This document shows positions 8,320-17,442 of a stretch of 32,000 bases of DNA, in pieces (the first letter of the stretch is position 1; each line of letters begins with the position of its first letter). The notes beneath the pieces are model-generated. The model saw nothing but the letters and a program-made list of their open reading frames with translations. It did no database searches and was not told where the DNA came from. This DNA is from Opitutales bacterium. GTDB lineage: Bacteria > Verrucomicrobiota > Verrucomicrobiia > Opitutales > PNEW01. A program made the position numbers and the translations under genes. The stretch spans positions 1,800,001-1,832,000 of the forward strand of contig CBDCNV010000001.1 of the NCBI GenBank assembly GCA_965219535.1. The letters are read 5' to 3'.

Positions 8320-9105
8320 ATGGCAATGGAAATTATATTTATGGGGACAGGTACTTCTCAAGGTGTTCCGATGATTGCACATGATCACGATGGGATTGAT
8401 CTTGAGAATCCTAAAAATTGGAGATCGAGAAGCAGTATTCATGTGATAATGGATGGGTGTCATATCCAGGTAGACGCTGCTCAGGAATTTAGGCTTCAAT
8501 GCATAAAAAATAATATTCGGCAAATTGATAATTTTATTCTTACGCATAGTCACGCTGATCATATTTTGGGGATGGATGATCTTCGTCGATTTTGCGATTT
8601 GCTGGGGGGCAACTCAATGCCGATATACAGTACTGAACTGGGACTCAGCAGGGTTCGAGAAATTTTTCCCTATGCGATAAGAGATAAACCTGAGTTTCGG
8701 GGGTATCCCGCTTTTCAATTAAAAGAAATACCAACACTCTTGGAATTAGATGCCGGACGTATTTATACAACCCTGCTGCCGCACGGTAGAATGCAAGTGC
8801 TGGGGCTCGTATTTGAAGAGCGCAGCAGTGGGAAAAAAATAGCTTATTATACTGACTGTAAAGTAGTAGGACCGGAGCAAAGAGAGCTCGCTCGCAGCGC
8901 CGATATTGTCATTCTTGATGCTTTACGCCCCAACCCTCATCCCACACATATGTCTATTGAGGAGGCTCTGGAAACGGCGCTGGATATTGGTGCTCCCCAG
9001 ACCTATTTTACACATATGACTTTTATGGTAGACCACGAAACATATAACAGGCAATTCCCCCAAGGGGTTTCCCTGGCTTATGACGGTTTGCGGATTAGTC
9101 CCTAA
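8320..9105 (+). CDS. MBL-fold metallo-hydrolase (PhnP/COG1235-like)
   Basis: The metallo-beta-lactamase motif reads THSHADH. The conserved N-terminus MEIIFMGTGTSQGVP begins at ATG 8326, with a further ATG at 8320. The ORF-track TTG at 8278 adds an unconserved leader, so the start is ambiguous among 8278, 8320 and 8326. Confidence 0.78.
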   Translation: MAMEIIFMGTGTSQGVPMIAHDHDGIDLENPKNWRSRSSIHVIMDGCHIQVDAAQEFRLQCIKNNIRQIDNFILTHSHADHILGMDDLRRFCDLLGGNSMPIYSTELGLSRVREIFPYAIRDKPEFRGYPAFQLKEIPTLLELDAGRIYTTLLPHGRMQVLGLVFEERSSGKKIAYYTDCKVVGPEQRELARSADIVILDALRPNPHPTHMSIEEALETALDIGAPQTYFTHMTFMVDHETYNRQFPQGVSLAYDGLRISP

Positions 9106-9158
9106 TTCGAGGTAATTAATCCAAAGGAAGTGCAGGTTGTAAAAGTTAACCGAGAAGC

Positions 9159-10157
9159 CTATGCTTCTTTTCTTTGAGTCTTTTTGGCGGAAATTGATTC
9201 TGTATATTCGCCGATCGCTCGATATTTCTGATACCTTTCCTCGATTAATTTGTCCGCTGATTTGCCTTGTAACTCTTTTAAGTGTCTTCCGATTGCGGTG
9301 CGGAGAATTTCAGCAGCTGCCTGGTGATCGCAATGAGCTCCGCCATAGGGCTCTTCAATAATTTCATCAGCAATCCCCAGCTTAACTAATTCTTTAGCAT
9401 TTAATTTTAATGATTCAGCTGCTTTTACTGATTGATCGCGGTTGCGCCATAGTATCGCGGCACAGGCTTCGGGTGGGCAAATTGAGTAATAGGCGTATTG
9501 TAAAACTAATATGCGGTCAGTGACCCCAATACCGAGAGCACCACCTGAGCTGCCTTCACCAATGACGACTGAGATAAAAGGCACTTTTAATCGACTCATT
9601 TCACGCAGGTTAACTGCAATCGCTTCAGCTACGTGTCTTTCTTCGGAGCCGATACCGGCGTAGGCTGCCTTAGTATCAATCAATGAGATGATCGGCATAT
9701 TAAATTTTTCAGCCATCTTCATTAATCGTAATGCTTTACGATAACCTTCCGGTAATGGCATACCAAAATTACGTTCAAGATTTTCTTTTGTATCGCGACC
9801 TTTTTGCTGCGCGATAATCATAATCGCTTTACCTTTAAAAAAAGCCGTCCCACCAATTATTGCCTTGTCATCCCCAAATCGTCGATCGCCGTGAAATTCC
9901 TGGAAATCGGTAAAAATGATATTTATATAATCCAGCGCGTAAGGACGTTTAGGGTGTCGGGCGAGTTGAACTATTTGCCAGGAAGTCAGGTTTGAATAAA
10001 TCTCACGTTTAGTCGCATCGATCTTTTTTTCTATAGCTTCAATTTCACTCGATAAATCAAGGTTCTGTACCATTGACTCCCGTTTAAGTTCGTCGAGCTG
10101 CTTCTCTAAATCACGAAGCGGCTTTTCAAATTCGAGTGTGAATTGTGAATTTTCCAT
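9159..10157 (-). CDS. accA: Acetyl-CoA carboxylase carboxyltransferase subunit alpha
   Basis: 332 aa. AccA blocks are LEFEKPL..LE, ARHPKRPYALDYI, FHGDRRFGDDKAIIGG, and GAYAGIGSEERH followed by AEAIA. Confidence 0.95.
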   Translation of the reverse strand: MENSQFTLEFEKPLRDLEKQLDELKRESMVQNLDLSSEIEAIEKKIDATKREIYSNLTSWQIVQLARHPKRPYALDYINIIFTDFQEFHGDRRFGDDKAIIGGTAFFKGKAIMIIAQQKGRDTKENLERNFGMPLPEGYRKALRLMKMAEKFNMPIISLIDTKAAYAGIGSEERHVAEAIAVNLREMSRLKVPFISVVIGEGSSGGALGIGVTDRILVLQYAYYSICPPEACAAILWRNRDQSVKAAESLKLNAKELVKLGIADEIIEEPYGGAHCDHQAAAEILRTAIGRHLKELQGKSADKLIEERYQKYRAIGEYTESISAKKTQRKEA

Positions 10158-10252
10158 ATTGAGGAGAGATTAAGAAATAGGTTCCAATTATACTAAATGC
10201 ATATGAATAGTGAAAATAATTACTACCGTCGGAAAATATTATTCAATATTAT

Positions 10253-10636
10253 TTATTTTTCTGGAGATTGTAATTCGTCTTTCCAGTTTAACATCCGAGC
10301 TTGAGCGCCAAATTTTTCGGCGGTTGTTTTATCTCCGAGTTCCATCCAAATACGAGAGAGACTAGTGTTAATGTGAATATCTTTTGGGCTGAGCGCATAG
10401 GCTTTTTCCGCAGCTTGCAATGCCCGATCAAAAAATTTATCCGAATAATAGACTTCCGCTAAAGCATGCCATGCTTCAAAGGATTGAGAATTAATATTTA
10501 TTGCCTGTTCAAGTTTTTTAATGGCCTCCTCATTATCGCCCAGGGTAAAATCCAGCGTTGCGTCCTCAACGAGGGTCTGCACATCTTGATTACTCATCTT
10601 AGAACTAAAGCTTGAGCATGCAATATTCTCAAGCAT
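10253..10636 (-). CDS. Small TPR-repeat protein
   Basis: 127 aa. TPR-like helical repeats are visible (EEAIKKLEQAININSQSFEAWHALAEVYYSDKFFDRALQAAEKAYALSP). The start could instead be the internal MSNQDV. Confidence 0.65.
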   Translation of the reverse strand: MLENIACSSFSSKMSNQDVQTLVEDATLDFTLGDNEEAIKKLEQAININSQSFEAWHALAEVYYSDKFFDRALQAAEKAYALSPKDIHINTSLSRIWMELGDKTTAEKFGAQARMLNWKDELQSPEK

Positions 10637-10813
10637 TGACGAGCATATTTTTCATTATTGATAGCTCTACGGCGATAGGAGCAGGTGATTTAATCATAGA
10701 ATTTGTGTATTGTAATTTATATTAAAAAAAACGAAGTTTTTTACCTTTTAGATGTAAAACGTTAATAATAGATAGCTATAAGCTAAAAAGAATAAGGACG
10801 GAGTTTAAAATTT

Positions 10814-11329
10814 ATGGATAAAATAAAAGTGAATAAAATTTATAAAATTCGCCAATCCTCGATTCACAATAGGGGAGCTTTTGCGATCCAGGATATTCCG
10901 GAGGGAACGCGTGTAATTGAATATATTGGTGATAAAATAACAAAGGTTGAATCTGAAAAGCGCAGCAATCGCATGATTGAAAAAGCTAATAAAACTGGTC
11001 GCGGTGCAGTTTATATTTTTGAGCTTAATAAGCGCCATGATATAGATGGGAGCGTCAATTATAACACCGCTCGTTTTGTCAATCATTCATGCGATCCTAA
11101 TTGTGAGACAGATATCATCCGTGGTCGGATATGGATAATTGCGCTCCGCGATATTAAGAAGGGTGAAGAACTTTCATATGACTATGGTTATGATCTGGAT
11201 GACTTTCGCGATCATCCGTGTCGTTGCGGAAGTGATAAATGCGTGGGATACATCGTTAATCAAGAGCAATGGGGTAAATTAAAGAAAATCTTAACGAGGG
11301 AAAAAAAGAAAAGGAAGAAAGTGAAATAG
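10814..11329 (+). CDS. SET-domain protein-lysine N-methyltransferase with post-SET Cys cluster and lysine-rich C-terminal tail
   Basis: 171 aa. SET signatures are GRGAVYIFEL, NHSCDPNC and ELSYDYGY. The post-SET cluster is CRCGSDKCVGY. The tail is TREKKKRKKVK. Confidence 0.85.
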   Translation: MDKIKVNKIYKIRQSSIHNRGAFAIQDIPEGTRVIEYIGDKITKVESEKRSNRMIEKANKTGRGAVYIFELNKRHDIDGSVNYNTARFVNHSCDPNCETDIIRGRIWIIALRDIKKGEELSYDYGYDLDDFRDHPCRCGSDKCVGYIVNQEQWGKLKKILTREKKKRKKVK

Positions 11330-11389
11330 AACAAGAATGCTCGATTTAAATTGGTTTTTTATGAATAGAAGCTCTTCTTTGAAAATGAT

Positions 11390-12145
11390 ATGACAATAAT
11401 CTCATGGAATGTTAATGGGATACGTGCGGCGATAAAAAAGGGTTTTCTCGATTTTTTTAATAAATCGAAACCCCATATACTTTGCCTGCAGGAAATTAAA
11501 GCATTAGCAGAGCAGGTGGAATTAGAATTACCTCCCGGATTTAAACAATATTGGAATTCAGCTGAAAAAAAAGGTTACTCAGGGACGGCCATTTTCAGCA
11601 AGATAGAACCCCAAGATGTTGTTTGCGGGATTGGGGTAAAAGAAGGTGATACTGAAGGTCGAGTTATAACTTTGGAATTCTCCGACTTTTACCTCGTAAA
11701 CGTGTATACCCCAAACGCAAAAAATGATTTATCACGGTTGAAGTTTAGAGAAAAAATTTGGGACCCCGCTTTCCTTAAATATTTAAAGAAACTGGAGAAA
11801 AAGAAACCAGTCGTCTTTTGTGGTGATTTAAATGTTGCTCATCAAGAAATAGACCTCGCTAACCCCCAGAGCAACCGGCATAATGCAGGTTTTACCGACG
11901 AGGAACGGTCAGGATTTAATAATATAGTCAATGCGGGATTTCTCGATACATTTCGTGAATTTGAACCGGGTCCTAATCATTATACCTGGTGGTCATATCG
12001 GACTAATGCCAGAGGAAGAAATATCGGTTGGCGCATTGATTATTTTGGCATCTCCCCTCTATTGAGACCGCGGTTGAAAAAAGCTTTTATTCAACCAGAG
12101 ATAATGGGGTCTGACCATTGCCCGGTCGGGATCGTATTAAAGTAA
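11390..12145 (+). CDS. xth: Exodeoxyribonuclease III (AP endonuclease)
   Basis: 251 aa. EEP-family motifs are SWNVNGIRA, LCLQEIK, GDLNVAH and SDHCPV. Confidence 0.92.
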   Translation: MTIISWNVNGIRAAIKKGFLDFFNKSKPHILCLQEIKALAEQVELELPPGFKQYWNSAEKKGYSGTAIFSKIEPQDVVCGIGVKEGDTEGRVITLEFSDFYLVNVYTPNAKNDLSRLKFREKIWDPAFLKYLKKLEKKKPVVFCGDLNVAHQEIDLANPQSNRHNAGFTDEERSGFNNIVNAGFLDTFREFEPGPNHYTWWSYRTNARGRNIGWRIDYFGISPLLRPRLKKAFIQPEIMGSDHCPVGIVLK

Positions 12146-12187
12146 TAAATTTGAGGGAAAAGTTAGAAGTGCAGATTAGCTGCGATC

Positions 12188-12562
12188 TTATATATCATTA
12201 CCTGAAAGAGAATTGATGGTATCTAATAATGCCTGAAGTTTGAAGGGTTTTAATATTTTCGCATCCACCAGATTGTTACTCACCATCTCGAGAAGATCCT
12301 GAGCATCTAATCGTCCCCCTCCCGACATGGCGATAATTCGTGTATGAGAATCTAATTTACGCATTTCGATAATCGTTTCTATTCCCTCTTTTATAGGCAT
12401 AATAATATCTATAAGTACTATATCAGGGCTCTCGTTTTTAAATAAAGTAATGGCCTCCTCACCATTTCCAGCTTCAAACACTAAATAATTTATCGATTCC
12501 AGAACTTTCCGTAAACTTTGTCGCAGGGATACATCATCCTCTGCGATAAGTATCTTCTTCAT
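12188..12562 (-). CDS. Single-domain response regulator (CheY-like receiver only)
   Basis: 124 aa. It has the acidic pocket EDD (KILIAEDD), the phospho-acceptor Asp in VLIDIIMP, and the conserved Ser (IIAMSGGG) and Lys-Pro (ILKPF). No output domain is present. Confidence 0.85.
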   Translation of the reverse strand: MKKILIAEDDVSLRQSLRKVLESINYLVFEAGNGEEAITLFKNESPDIVLIDIIMPIKEGIETIIEMRKLDSHTRIIAMSGGGRLDAQDLLEMVSNNLVDAKILKPFKLQALLDTINSLSGNDI

Positions 12563-12626
12563 AAGTGGAATTGAAACATTTACCCTCTATTATCAATCGA
12601 TGACTGAACGCTGATGGCTGAGATAC

Positions 12627-13385
12627 CTAATTATTATCGAAATGTTTATATTCAAAGAAAAAAGGTTGATAGGCGCGAGCTGTTACTCGCTTGTTTCTCT
12701 TCATTGGCGCTTGAAATTTCCATTCTTTTATCGCGGTCAGTGCGGCAACCGCAAAATAATCATTCGATGAAGATTTGATTCCAGCGGCTTTGACTTTACC
12801 TGTGGGATCAATAAAAAATTCTACCAGGACTTGCCCGCTTGCTTCAGCTTCCCACATTTCCAGAGGATAAACGGGTGATATAGATTTACTAATTTTTGGC
12901 ACATAATCCAATTCATTGATGTCGTTTACCATAATCAGTGATCTATTTATCGTTTTATTCTTGAACATCGCTTCATCGATAATTGATGCATCGACGACAC
13001 CACCACCACCACTTTCTAAGGTATAGCTTGCTTTAACAAATACCCGACTCGCGTAGGCTTCTCCATTGACGATTCTAGGAGAAAATTCCCATCTCTTTAT
13101 CGCTCTGATCGTCGATCGGGCAAAAGCGGAGTGTGAGGCAGCAAATTCGACAAACTCATTCTGAAGGCCTTTGTTGTCGACAATGAACACAATGATTGCA
13201 AATCCTTCGGTTACTCCTGTTTTTGCAACGTTTGCAGGTAAGATTGGTTTAACTGCTTTAAGCACCTGTAAATCTTGATTAAGACTTTTATCCTCGCCGC
13301 TTTTTCCGAGTAGAGGGAGGTGCAAACAAAGAATAAACAGATTAATAACGCAGCAAAAATGGAATATCGAATATAAGGACTTCAT
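12627..13385 (-). CDS. TonB-family protein with two tandem TonB C-terminal domains
   Basis: 252 aa with an N-terminal hydrophobic signal or anchor. Two TonB_C-like modules end in the related strings STIRAIKRWEFSPRIVNGE and ALTAIKEWKFQAPMKRNKR. The second begins with the typical PVYPLEMWEAEASGQVLVEFFIDPTGKV. Confidence 0.7.
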   Translation of the reverse strand: MKSLYSIFHFCCVINLFILCLHLPLLGKSGEDKSLNQDLQVLKAVKPILPANVAKTGVTEGFAIIVFIVDNKGLQNEFVEFAASHSAFARSTIRAIKRWEFSPRIVNGEAYASRVFVKASYTLESGGGGVVDASIIDEAMFKNKTINRSLIMVNDINELDYVPKISKSISPVYPLEMWEAEASGQVLVEFFIDPTGKVKAAGIKSSSNDYFAVAALTAIKEWKFQAPMKRNKRVTARAYQPFFFEYKHFDNN

Positions 13386-13524
13386 TACTTATAATCAGGT
13401 TATTTGTGATATGACTGAGAAATGCTGATTGTGATTACACCTTATATTATATGACTAAATGCATTTATTTCAAAGTATATAAGTGAAATTTTTATTTAAA
13501 ATTGAATTAGAGTAATTCTAATTA

Positions 13525-14721
13525 ATGGCTCTTGATAAATGGATAGATTCTAATGTAAATTTTAGAATGATAGCACTCTCGGTTCTGTTTAATTGTTCGT
13601 CAGTCTTAATCTTTTCGCTTCCTGTCATCGCAGCGATGAGCAAGAATTACAAAATTCCGATCATTGACCTGGCGGCGGAATCAGAACGGCAAATAATTGT
13701 GGATCGAGAACCGGGTCAATATTTAGGTCATCCCACTACAGTTCTGCTCGAGGATAATAAGACAATGATTGTCGTTTATCCTAAAGTTCACGGCAAGGGA
13801 GCTATTGTAATGAAAAAGAGTGACGATGGGGGGTTGACCTGGAGCAATCGGTTGCCGGTTCCTGATAATTGGAAGTCTTCTCTGGAGGTGCCAACTATTT
13901 ATCGAGTTATGGATTCGAACGGCCTGAAACGTTTAATCCTGTTTTCGGGATTATACCCCATTCGCATGGCAGTTTCAAATGATAATGGGAATGTTTGGAC
14001 AGCTTTAGAACCGATTGGGGATTTTGGAGGGATTGTGGCAATGACAGATATGATCCGTCTTATAAATGGAAACTACATGGCTCTTTTTCATGATGATGGA
14101 AGATTTATTAAAGGTGGGCAGAATGACCGCGGGCAGTTTTACGTCTATAAAACAATTTCTAAAGATGGCGGTTTGAATTGGAGTAGACCAAAAGTGATAG
14201 TATCGCACGCCCTGGCCAATCTCTGTGAACCAGGATTGATTCGTTCTCCCGACGGTAAGGAGTTGGCGATGCTTATGCGTGAAAACAGTCGACAATTTAA
14301 TTCATATGTCAGTTTTAGCGATAACGAAGGTGAATCCTGGAGCGAACCACAAGAATTACCAGCGGCTTTGACCGGTGATAGGCATAAACTGCGCTACGCT
14401 TCTGATGGAAGATTGATTGCTACCTTTCGCGATACGACACATATTTCGCCAACGAAAGGAGATTGGGTTGGATGGGTAGGTAGCTATGAAGATATTAAAC
14501 TTGGTCGCGAGGGGCAATATCGCATTCGATTCATGGATAATCATCATAATAGAGATTGTGCTTACCCGGGATTAGAGCTCTTGCCCGATGGGACGTTCGT
14601 CACTACTACTTACGGGCATTGGACAGAGGGTGAGGAGCCGTATATCGTAAGTGTCCGCTTTAAAATCGAAGAACTCGATGCTCGAGCAAAAGCGGGGAAT
14701 GGCGGATTAAACTCTAACTAA
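13525..14721 (+). CDS. Secreted BNR/Asp-box beta-propeller protein (sialidase-like glycoside hydrolase superfamily)
   Basis: 398 aa. Four Asp-boxes are present: SDDGGLTWS, SNDNGNVWT, SKDGGLNWS and SDNEGESWS. A signal-like hydrophobic stretch follows the internal ATG at 13567, which is an alternative start. Confidence 0.78.
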   Translation: MALDKWIDSNVNFRMIALSVLFNCSSVLIFSLPVIAAMSKNYKIPIIDLAAESERQIIVDREPGQYLGHPTTVLLEDNKTMIVVYPKVHGKGAIVMKKSDDGGLTWSNRLPVPDNWKSSLEVPTIYRVMDSNGLKRLILFSGLYPIRMAVSNDNGNVWTALEPIGDFGGIVAMTDMIRLINGNYMALFHDDGRFIKGGQNDRGQFYVYKTISKDGGLNWSRPKVIVSHALANLCEPGLIRSPDGKELAMLMRENSRQFNSYVSFSDNEGESWSEPQELPAALTGDRHKLRYASDGRLIATFRDTTHISPTKGDWVGWVGSYEDIKLGREGQYRIRFMDNHHNRDCAYPGLELLPDGTFVTTTYGHWTEGEEPYIVSVRFKIEELDARAKAGNGGLNSN

Positions 14722-14790
14722 ATTAACACTTGTTAATCTAGAGGGAACATTTATTCATCCCAAAAGACCTAAGTAGTTAATTTTATTAAA

Positions 14791-16557
14791 ATGCAACACC
14801 TACAATACTACCTTACCCCCCTTCTCATTTTCACACTAACCCATGCATTAGCCCAGAGTTCAATCCCTACGGTAATTCAGCCGATAGCGGATATTACTAA
14901 CCCAGCGACCGATGAGCCGATAGTTATTAATTTAAAGGATTTCTTTGAAATACCAGGGGTTGAAGAACCAATAGTGCATTTTGAAACGAGCCTCGGCTCA
15001 TTCAATCTGGATCTATTTGCTTCGGAAACACCCAATACCGTTAATAATTTCCTCAATTATGTAGATGATGGAGATTACACAGACACAGTAATTCATTTCT
15101 CTGAAACATCGTTCTTTGGTATCATTCAAGGCGGGACCTATACCGTAATCCCAATACCTTTTGATCCCATACCGACAGATCCTCCAATTGTAAGCGAAGC
15201 CGGGCTTCTGCATAATAGAGGAACGATTTCAACGACAGTTAATAGTGGTAATCCCAACAGTGCCACGAGTGGTTGGCATTTCAATATTTTTGATAATGGA
15301 GATTTTTTCATTAATAATACAGTATTTGGTGAAGTGATTGGAGCTGGGATAGGTGTAATCAATGACATCTCTCTCCTCGATGTTACATTTATAAGTGGCG
15401 ACGTAATCCCCCGGCTTCCAATTATCAATTTTACGGGAGGAGCATTGACCACCGATAATTTTGTTTTCGTGCGTTCTATAATTCGCCTGCCGTTATACCC
15501 GGAAGAAACGAGAGAAAATGCGGTCATAAGTTTTGAAATTGATAATAATAATCCTAATTTGGTTACGGCCTCACTTAATGGATCAATTTTAAAGCTCTAT
15601 CGAAATCCCGACCAGACGGGGACAGCTGAGTTTACGGTGCGTGCTGTAGATACAGATGATATTATGACTGAAAGCTCATTTCGCGCTACTTATAACTCTC
15701 TTCCTACCGCGCCAGTAGGTATAGTTCTTGAAGGAACTGGCAATGTTGTCGGCGAGAATATTTTACATCCAAGTGGAAATATTTTTGACCAGGTATTAAT
15801 GACGGGTGAGAGCATTAAACTGAGAGCGAAGACTAATCAAATTACACGGGTTTCGTTTTTGGATGAAGATGATGATATCGTTCAGGTAGAGTTTTCGGGC
15901 ACCGGATTAGTGTCCGTTGATTTGGATCCCGCAACATTTTCTCCTCCTGCACCACCAGTTAAATATAACCAGCCGACCGTGAATTATGTCAAAGGCCGTC
16001 CCACAGTACGCGTAGAAGGATCGGATGAAAGTACTTTTCTAAGTATCTTCACGGTGGGCAAGATCAATGCGGTAAACCAGGCATTATTTCCCGAGGGAGT
16101 AGTTTATGACGCTGAAGCGGATGTGACTTTAGTGGAAGTGATCAACTCCACGGCGATTGGAGGCATGCAAATGTCGAATGTTTCATTTGCTGGAAGTGAG
16201 GGAAGAATCGGTGTCGATGCGCGCAGGGTAAAGATAGCGACACGATTAACAGTAGGAGATATTGATGCCAGTGATCTCGCGGTGCCTCATTTATTATTTG
16301 AGCCGGGTTCGTTTACGGTAAATGTACCAAATTCAGGAATGCGCATTACCGGTGGGGACCTGATTCAAAGTAATGGATTGCAAGCGATTTTAGTAGCTGA
16401 AAACGACTTAACAGATCCTGGATTTACGACATTGATCGCACAAAATAACTTCAAATCGGACGAGACTCCGCAACCGACACAAAATATAGATGTGGTTTTT
16501 GCGAATGAAGATGGCACTATCATCCCCATTGCGATCGTAGAAACGACGATTGAGTAA
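14791..16557 (+). CDS. Secreted cyclophilin-type PPIase-domain protein fused to a large uncharacterised C-terminal region
   Basis: 588 aa. The signal peptide is MQHLQYYLTPLLIFTLTHALAQS. The cyclophilin blocks are FETSLGSFNLDLFASETPNTVNNFLNYV, IIQGG, HNRGTIS, NSATSGWHFNI and NTVFGEVIGAGIGVINDI. The remaining ~380 aa have no motif I recognise. Confidence 0.72.
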   Translation: MQHLQYYLTPLLIFTLTHALAQSSIPTVIQPIADITNPATDEPIVINLKDFFEIPGVEEPIVHFETSLGSFNLDLFASETPNTVNNFLNYVDDGDYTDTVIHFSETSFFGIIQGGTYTVIPIPFDPIPTDPPIVSEAGLLHNRGTISTTVNSGNPNSATSGWHFNIFDNGDFFINNTVFGEVIGAGIGVINDISLLDVTFISGDVIPRLPIINFTGGALTTDNFVFVRSIIRLPLYPEETRENAVISFEIDNNNPNLVTASLNGSILKLYRNPDQTGTAEFTVRAVDTDDIMTESSFRATYNSLPTAPVGIVLEGTGNVVGENILHPSGNIFDQVLMTGESIKLRAKTNQITRVSFLDEDDDIVQVEFSGTGLVSVDLDPATFSPPAPPVKYNQPTVNYVKGRPTVRVEGSDESTFLSIFTVGKINAVNQALFPEGVVYDAEADVTLVEVINSTAIGGMQMSNVSFAGSEGRIGVDARRVKIATRLTVGDIDASDLAVPHLLFEPGSFTVNVPNSGMRITGGDLIQSNGLQAILVAENDLTDPGFTTLIAQNNFKSDETPQPTQNIDVVFANEDGTIIPIAIVETTIE

Positions 16558-16621
16558 TCTCAAAATTCGCGGAAAAAACAATTGCGGTAGCCTGTGCTAT
16601 CAGAAGCAATAGGGGATTTCG

Positions 16622-17251
16622 TTAGAGTGATAATTGTGCTCTAATTCTTTTCATTGCCGAGTGATTGGAGATTTGAGATAAAGCTTTTTGTAGCAAACTC
16701 TTACCTGGTTCGATTCGCGGCCACGGCGATGCACCTGAAGGGTGAGGGAGAGGGATAATATCGATTTTGTTGTTATTATATAGGGTATTAAAACTATGAC
16801 CTATGATGTCAGCTAATGCTGAGCATTTCATGAATTGAGTAATAGCTAATTTACCCACGGGAATAACTAATTCGGGTTTAAGAATGCTGAATTCTGATTT
16901 TAGCCAATTGGCACAATTAGCAATTTCCTCGGTGTCGGGGACACGATCGCCCCCCTTCTTTTTTTTACCGGGATAACATCTGCATACCGCGGCCATATAT
17001 ATATGTTTGCGAAACTGCTCTTCGTTTAATCCGCAGGAATCTTCAAACCATTGAAATAACATCTTCCCCGCAGTCCAGGCAAAGGGTCTCTTCAAAAGGG
17101 GTTCTCTCGCCCCTGGCGCCTGTCCAACGAGTATTATTTTACTGACCACAGACGGACAAGTCACTACTGGTTTATGCATCTTAGGGCAGGAGTTACATGC
17201 CTGTAATCGTTTAAGATGCTGTTCTAATTCGGCTTTTGGTAATTGGTTCAA
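16622..17251 (-). CDS. Uracil-DNA glycosylase superfamily protein (family-4-like, Cys-cluster type)
   Basis: 209 aa with a TTG start. Motif A reads VGQAPGAREP and motif B reads LPHPSGASPW. The cysteines CNSC, VCRC and NCANWL sit where family-4 UDGs bind a 4Fe-4S cluster. Confidence 0.78.
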   Translation of the reverse strand: MNQLPKAELEQHLKRLQACNSCPKMHKPVVTCPSVVSKIILVGQAPGAREPLLKRPFAWTAGKMLFQWFEDSCGLNEEQFRKHIYMAAVCRCYPGKKKKGGDRVPDTEEIANCANWLKSEFSILKPELVIPVGKLAITQFMKCSALADIIGHSFNTLYNNNKIDIIPLPHPSGASPWPRIEPGKSLLQKALSQISNHSAMKRIRAQLSL

Positions 17252-17442
17252 ATTATAAGTTATTTACTGTGCTCAAAAATCTCGATTGACAGAAGAGAAA
17301 ATGCCTGTAAATCAATCATAAGTTAATGATTTATGAGTCAATGGAGCAAAACAAAGATTGCTATTTAAGTCTCTATATATTTAATTGCGGATAGTCCTTT
17401 CCGATCTGGTTTAACCCCGGTTTAAATAGATCTTCTGTATAT

